Virus record (IMG/VR): IMGVR_UViG_3300043772_002095
DNA length: 64,000 bases
Reading direction: 5' to 3' (one strand)
Source of the DNA: an uncultured virus (IMG/VR IMGVR_UViG_3300043772_002095)
Lineage: Duplodnaviria; Heunggongvirae; Uroviricota; Caudoviricetes
The position numbers and the translations under genes are program-made. Of this stretch, positions 61,471 through 64,000 are shown piece by piece (the first letter of the stretch is position 1; the number at the start of each line of letters is the position of its first letter). The notes under the pieces were generated by a model, which worked only from the letters and a program-made list of their open reading frames with translations, was not told where the DNA came from and made no database searches.

Positions 61471-63918
61471 ATGTCTTATATATTAAAAAACACATCAGGG
61501 TTAATTAATACAAAATTAACCGATACGGGTAGAAGAAAGCTATCTCAAGGGAATTTTAACATCTCTTATTTTCAAATAGGTGATAGTGAAGTATCTTACG
61601 ACGCAATACCCTCTTTTCCTCACGCAAATTCATATGTTTTAGAACCATCATTTAATTCTAGTAATATATCGGGAGTTCCGGAATCAAACAAACAATATAT
61701 TAAATATCCTTACTATGTAGATGGGACTAGCGGAAATACTTACGGAATCCCTTTTTCCGATTCAGTAGTTTCTTTAATATATAATACTGCTGCGATGAAA
61801 GGTTTTTTTGATGGGGATACAGAAAATGTTGAAGATACACCTATTGATTGGAAAGTTTTTACAAGTGAAGACTATGTAATTAATTCTAATTATGTTGTAC
61901 ATATTTCAGATTTTGGTTGTAGTGATAAAGTTACCTTAATTTATTCGGCTTGTAGTGAAGGAATTGTTAGACAACCTGCAGCTGGAGACTTTATAACATT
62001 TTATTATAACCCTAATATTACTGATACTTGTGTTTGTACCGCAACAACAACGACTACTACCACAATACCAATAACGACTACCACAACCACATTTAATCCT
62101 TGTTCACCTACCACTACAACAACGACAACGATTGAGCCGACAACCACAACAACGACAACAGAACCTTTTATACCAACACCACCTGTGGATTGTGTTATGA
62201 ATGTCGATAGTTGCCATCCAATGATGACGTATAGAATAATCTCAATATGTAATAATGAGGTTACTTTAGATAGACCAACACCAAATTTATCAATTTTAGG
62301 TGGAGATTGTTATGTTAGAGCTTTGGTATATCCACCAAATATGACCACCATTTATGATAGCACGGTACCAACATATAATGCTGGGGTAATAGACTTTCAA
62401 TCAGAATGTAACGCGGGGGTAACATTTACAAATGTGTGGAATATGAACATTCCTTGGTCCGAAAATCCGGCAGGATTGAATCCGTCATTTTATGCTGGTT
62501 ATACGAAATTTGGATCGATAAATTATTTGGGTTCTAAAGAATATTTTGGTTACTCTAATAGTAATGGTCAAAATGATACCGATTATGTTTATTATTATAA
62601 TTCTTTAGGAGAAATAGTATTTGTTGAACCTAAAGAACAAAAAGCAATATCGATAGTTCATTATACCAATAATTCACCTGGTTTATATTATGGTGAAAAA
62701 TTTGCGTTAGAGCCTTTTGATCAAGATAATCCTGGTAATACGGGACAGGCTAGAAATTTTAGAGTTCATATACCTTGGATTATGTGGCACAAAAACCCTG
62801 AATGTTGTTATGGTCAAACATTTTGGGTTGACCCTCCAGGATTTGAGAATCTTAATCTGTTTCAAGTTTATTATTTAGAATCTAATAAAAATTTAGATAT
62901 GAATAATCCCGGACATAGATATTATCACTTATGGGATACAAATGCTAATGATAGCAACGGAAGACCTAATAGAGTTGGTAAAGTATTTCCTGACCAAAAA
63001 ATGATTATTTTTGATGATGAAGAAATAATTGCCGCTATGTCTTATAAATCTAATAGAAATTGGACATTACCGGCACCAAAATTAGGGTTAATAACGCCAA
63101 ATGTTTGCGGAACATTAGGTAATTCAACAGGAATTCTACTTAATAGTGACGAATATTTGTATGTAACTTACAGATTTAATGATGACATTTTTTGTTTAAA
63201 TTCATTACATTGTAATTATTATACTAAAATTCAAGGACCGAATATTGATTGTACTAATTTAAGTTCTCAAAATGTTACTTTACAATTCGGACCCGAATTT
63301 AATTGTTTAAAACAACCATTTTCACCTTATGTCACAACAACTACAACATATGAACCATTAACCACAACAACAACATTATGTCCAACTTCTTGTGATACTA
63401 TTGAGGGTTATTACGCTAATAAATTTGAGATATTAGTACAAAAAGTTTCTGGAACCGGTAGACCTGACTCTTCTTTATGGAAAGTAATTGATTTTACCGA
63501 TCAATTAGATTCAACTATGATTAATGGTTATATAACTCAAGACGGATTAACTCAAAACACTTTTGTAATAACTAAAGATTTATACGATAGTGCTCCATTA
63601 TATAATTTGAATGATTATATAACTCTAACACCGGCCAATTATAGTGGAACATCACTTAACTTTGGAGACGAGTATTATTTTTACGGTTCAATTGAGGCCG
63701 ATATTGAGGCGACAATTTATGAAATGAGATATAAAGTAAATTTGAGTCAGACAGAATTTCAAACGCCTTCTAACCCTACTTGGAACGTTAGCGAACGTAG
63801 ATTTATTACCGAAATTGGTCTTTACGATAACGAAAAAAATCTTATGATTATATCTAAGATGCAATCACCTGTTTTAAGACAGGGAACTCAGCAATTCTTA
63901 GTAAAATTAGATTTTTAA
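61471..63918 (+). CDS. tail-fibre-attachment/baseplate protein with mucin-like inserts
   Basis: N-terminal KLTDTGRRKL...FQIGD and C-terminal ITEIGLYD..KNLMIISK (P2 gpH-N-like halves). Confidence 0.6.
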   Translation: MSYILKNTSGLINTKLTDTGRRKLSQGNFNISYFQIGDSEVSYDAIPSFPHANSYVLEPSFNSSNISGVPESNKQYIKYPYYVDGTSGNTYGIPFSDSVVSLIYNTAAMKGFFDGDTENVEDTPIDWKVFTSEDYVINSNYVVHISDFGCSDKVTLIYSACSEGIVRQPAAGDFITFYYNPNITDTCVCTATTTTTTTIPITTTTTTFNPCSPTTTTTTTIEPTTTTTTTEPFIPTPPVDCVMNVDSCHPMMTYRIISICNNEVTLDRPTPNLSILGGDCYVRALVYPPNMTTIYDSTVPTYNAGVIDFQSECNAGVTFTNVWNMNIPWSENPAGLNPSFYAGYTKFGSINYLGSKEYFGYSNSNGQNDTDYVYYYNSLGEIVFVEPKEQKAISIVHYTNNSPGLYYGEKFALEPFDQDNPGNTGQARNFRVHIPWIMWHKNPECCYGQTFWVDPPGFENLNLFQVYYLESNKNLDMNNPGHRYYHLWDTNANDSNGRPNRVGKVFPDQKMIIFDDEEIIAAMSYKSNRNWTLPAPKLGLITPNVCGTLGNSTGILLNSDEYLYVTYRFNDDIFCLNSLHCNYYTKIQGPNIDCTNLSSQNVTLQFGPEFNCLKQPFSPYVTTTTTYEPLTTTTTLCPTSCDTIEGYYANKFEILVQKVSGTGRPDSSLWKVIDFTDQLDSTMINGYITQDGLTQNTFVITKDLYDSAPLYNLNDYITLTPANYSGTSLNFGDEYYFYGSIEADIEATIYEMRYKVNLSQTEFQTPSNPTWNVSERRFITEIGLYDNEKNLMIISKMQSPVLRQGTQQFLVKLDF
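62038..62184 (+). repeat. mucin-like poly-Thr tract
   Basis: TATTTTTTTIPITTTTTTFNPCSPTTTTTTTIEPTTTTTTTEPFIPTPP. Confidence 0.9.
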
Positions 63919-63919
63919 T

Positions 63920-64000
63920 ATGAGAAAAAATTTAAAGCAAAGTCCTAAAGTATTAGGGCTTGACATTTCCACTAGCACTATTGGTTGGGCATTATTCGAT
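63920..64000 (+). CDS. RuvC-like Holliday junction resolvase, 3' partial
   Basis: MRKNLKQSPKVLGLDISTSTIGWALFD resembles an RNase H-fold first strand with the catalytic Asp. Confidence 0.6.
   Translation, partial: MRKNLKQSPKVLGLDISTSTIGWALFD

Noticed and set aside
63920..64000. LGLDISTSTIGWA resembles the Cas9 RuvC-I motif
   Set aside because: Only 27 codons are visible and no CRISPR array was seen; a phage RuvC-like resolvase is more parsimonious.
1..64000. Stop-codon reassignment as in some large Bacteroidota phages
   Set aside because: Long ORFs tile the window in the standard code, and TAA, TAG and TGA all end genes at sensible positions.
1..64000. CRISPR array, tRNA or rRNA genes
   Set aside because: Intergenic gaps are short, and no repeat-spacer pattern or cloverleaf was recognised by eye.

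Overview
This AT-rich window comes from a large contractile-tailed (myovirus-type) bacteriophage and is read with the standard genetic code. The host is probably Bacteroidota/Flavobacteriia; this is an inference from A-rich leaders lacking Shine-Dalgarno sites, TAnnTTT(G)-type promoter boxes and SprB-type repeats. The window holds neck, tail and baseplate genes (neck, head-closure, tail completion, sheath, tube, chaperone, tape measure, hub, wedge and fibre-like proteins). These are interrupted by a roughly 10 kb replication block: SSB, RecA/UvsX, 5'-3' exonuclease, intein-containing DnaB, nrdB and nrdA. There are also three free-standing homing-type endonucleases, an SNF2 helicase, a HAD hydrolase and a SOD fusion. 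The most notable signals are: (1) a candidate virion O-glycosylation system, with mucin-like poly-Thr/Pro-Thr tracts in four tail proteins and an HPAT/SGT1-like glycosyltransferase among the Cys-rich SprB-repeat fibre genes; (2) a Mn-SOD fused to a PD-(D/E)xK-like domain, with possible head-packaging or cleavage peptides; (3) a probable +1 frameshift (TTT TTT CGG) in the tail chaperone; (4) a T11-disrupted head-closure gene; (5) a recurring TATTTAT upstream motif; and (6) an unlisted ribbon-helix-helix gene divergent from the sheath. All product calls come from motif recognition and gene order; no database search was run.
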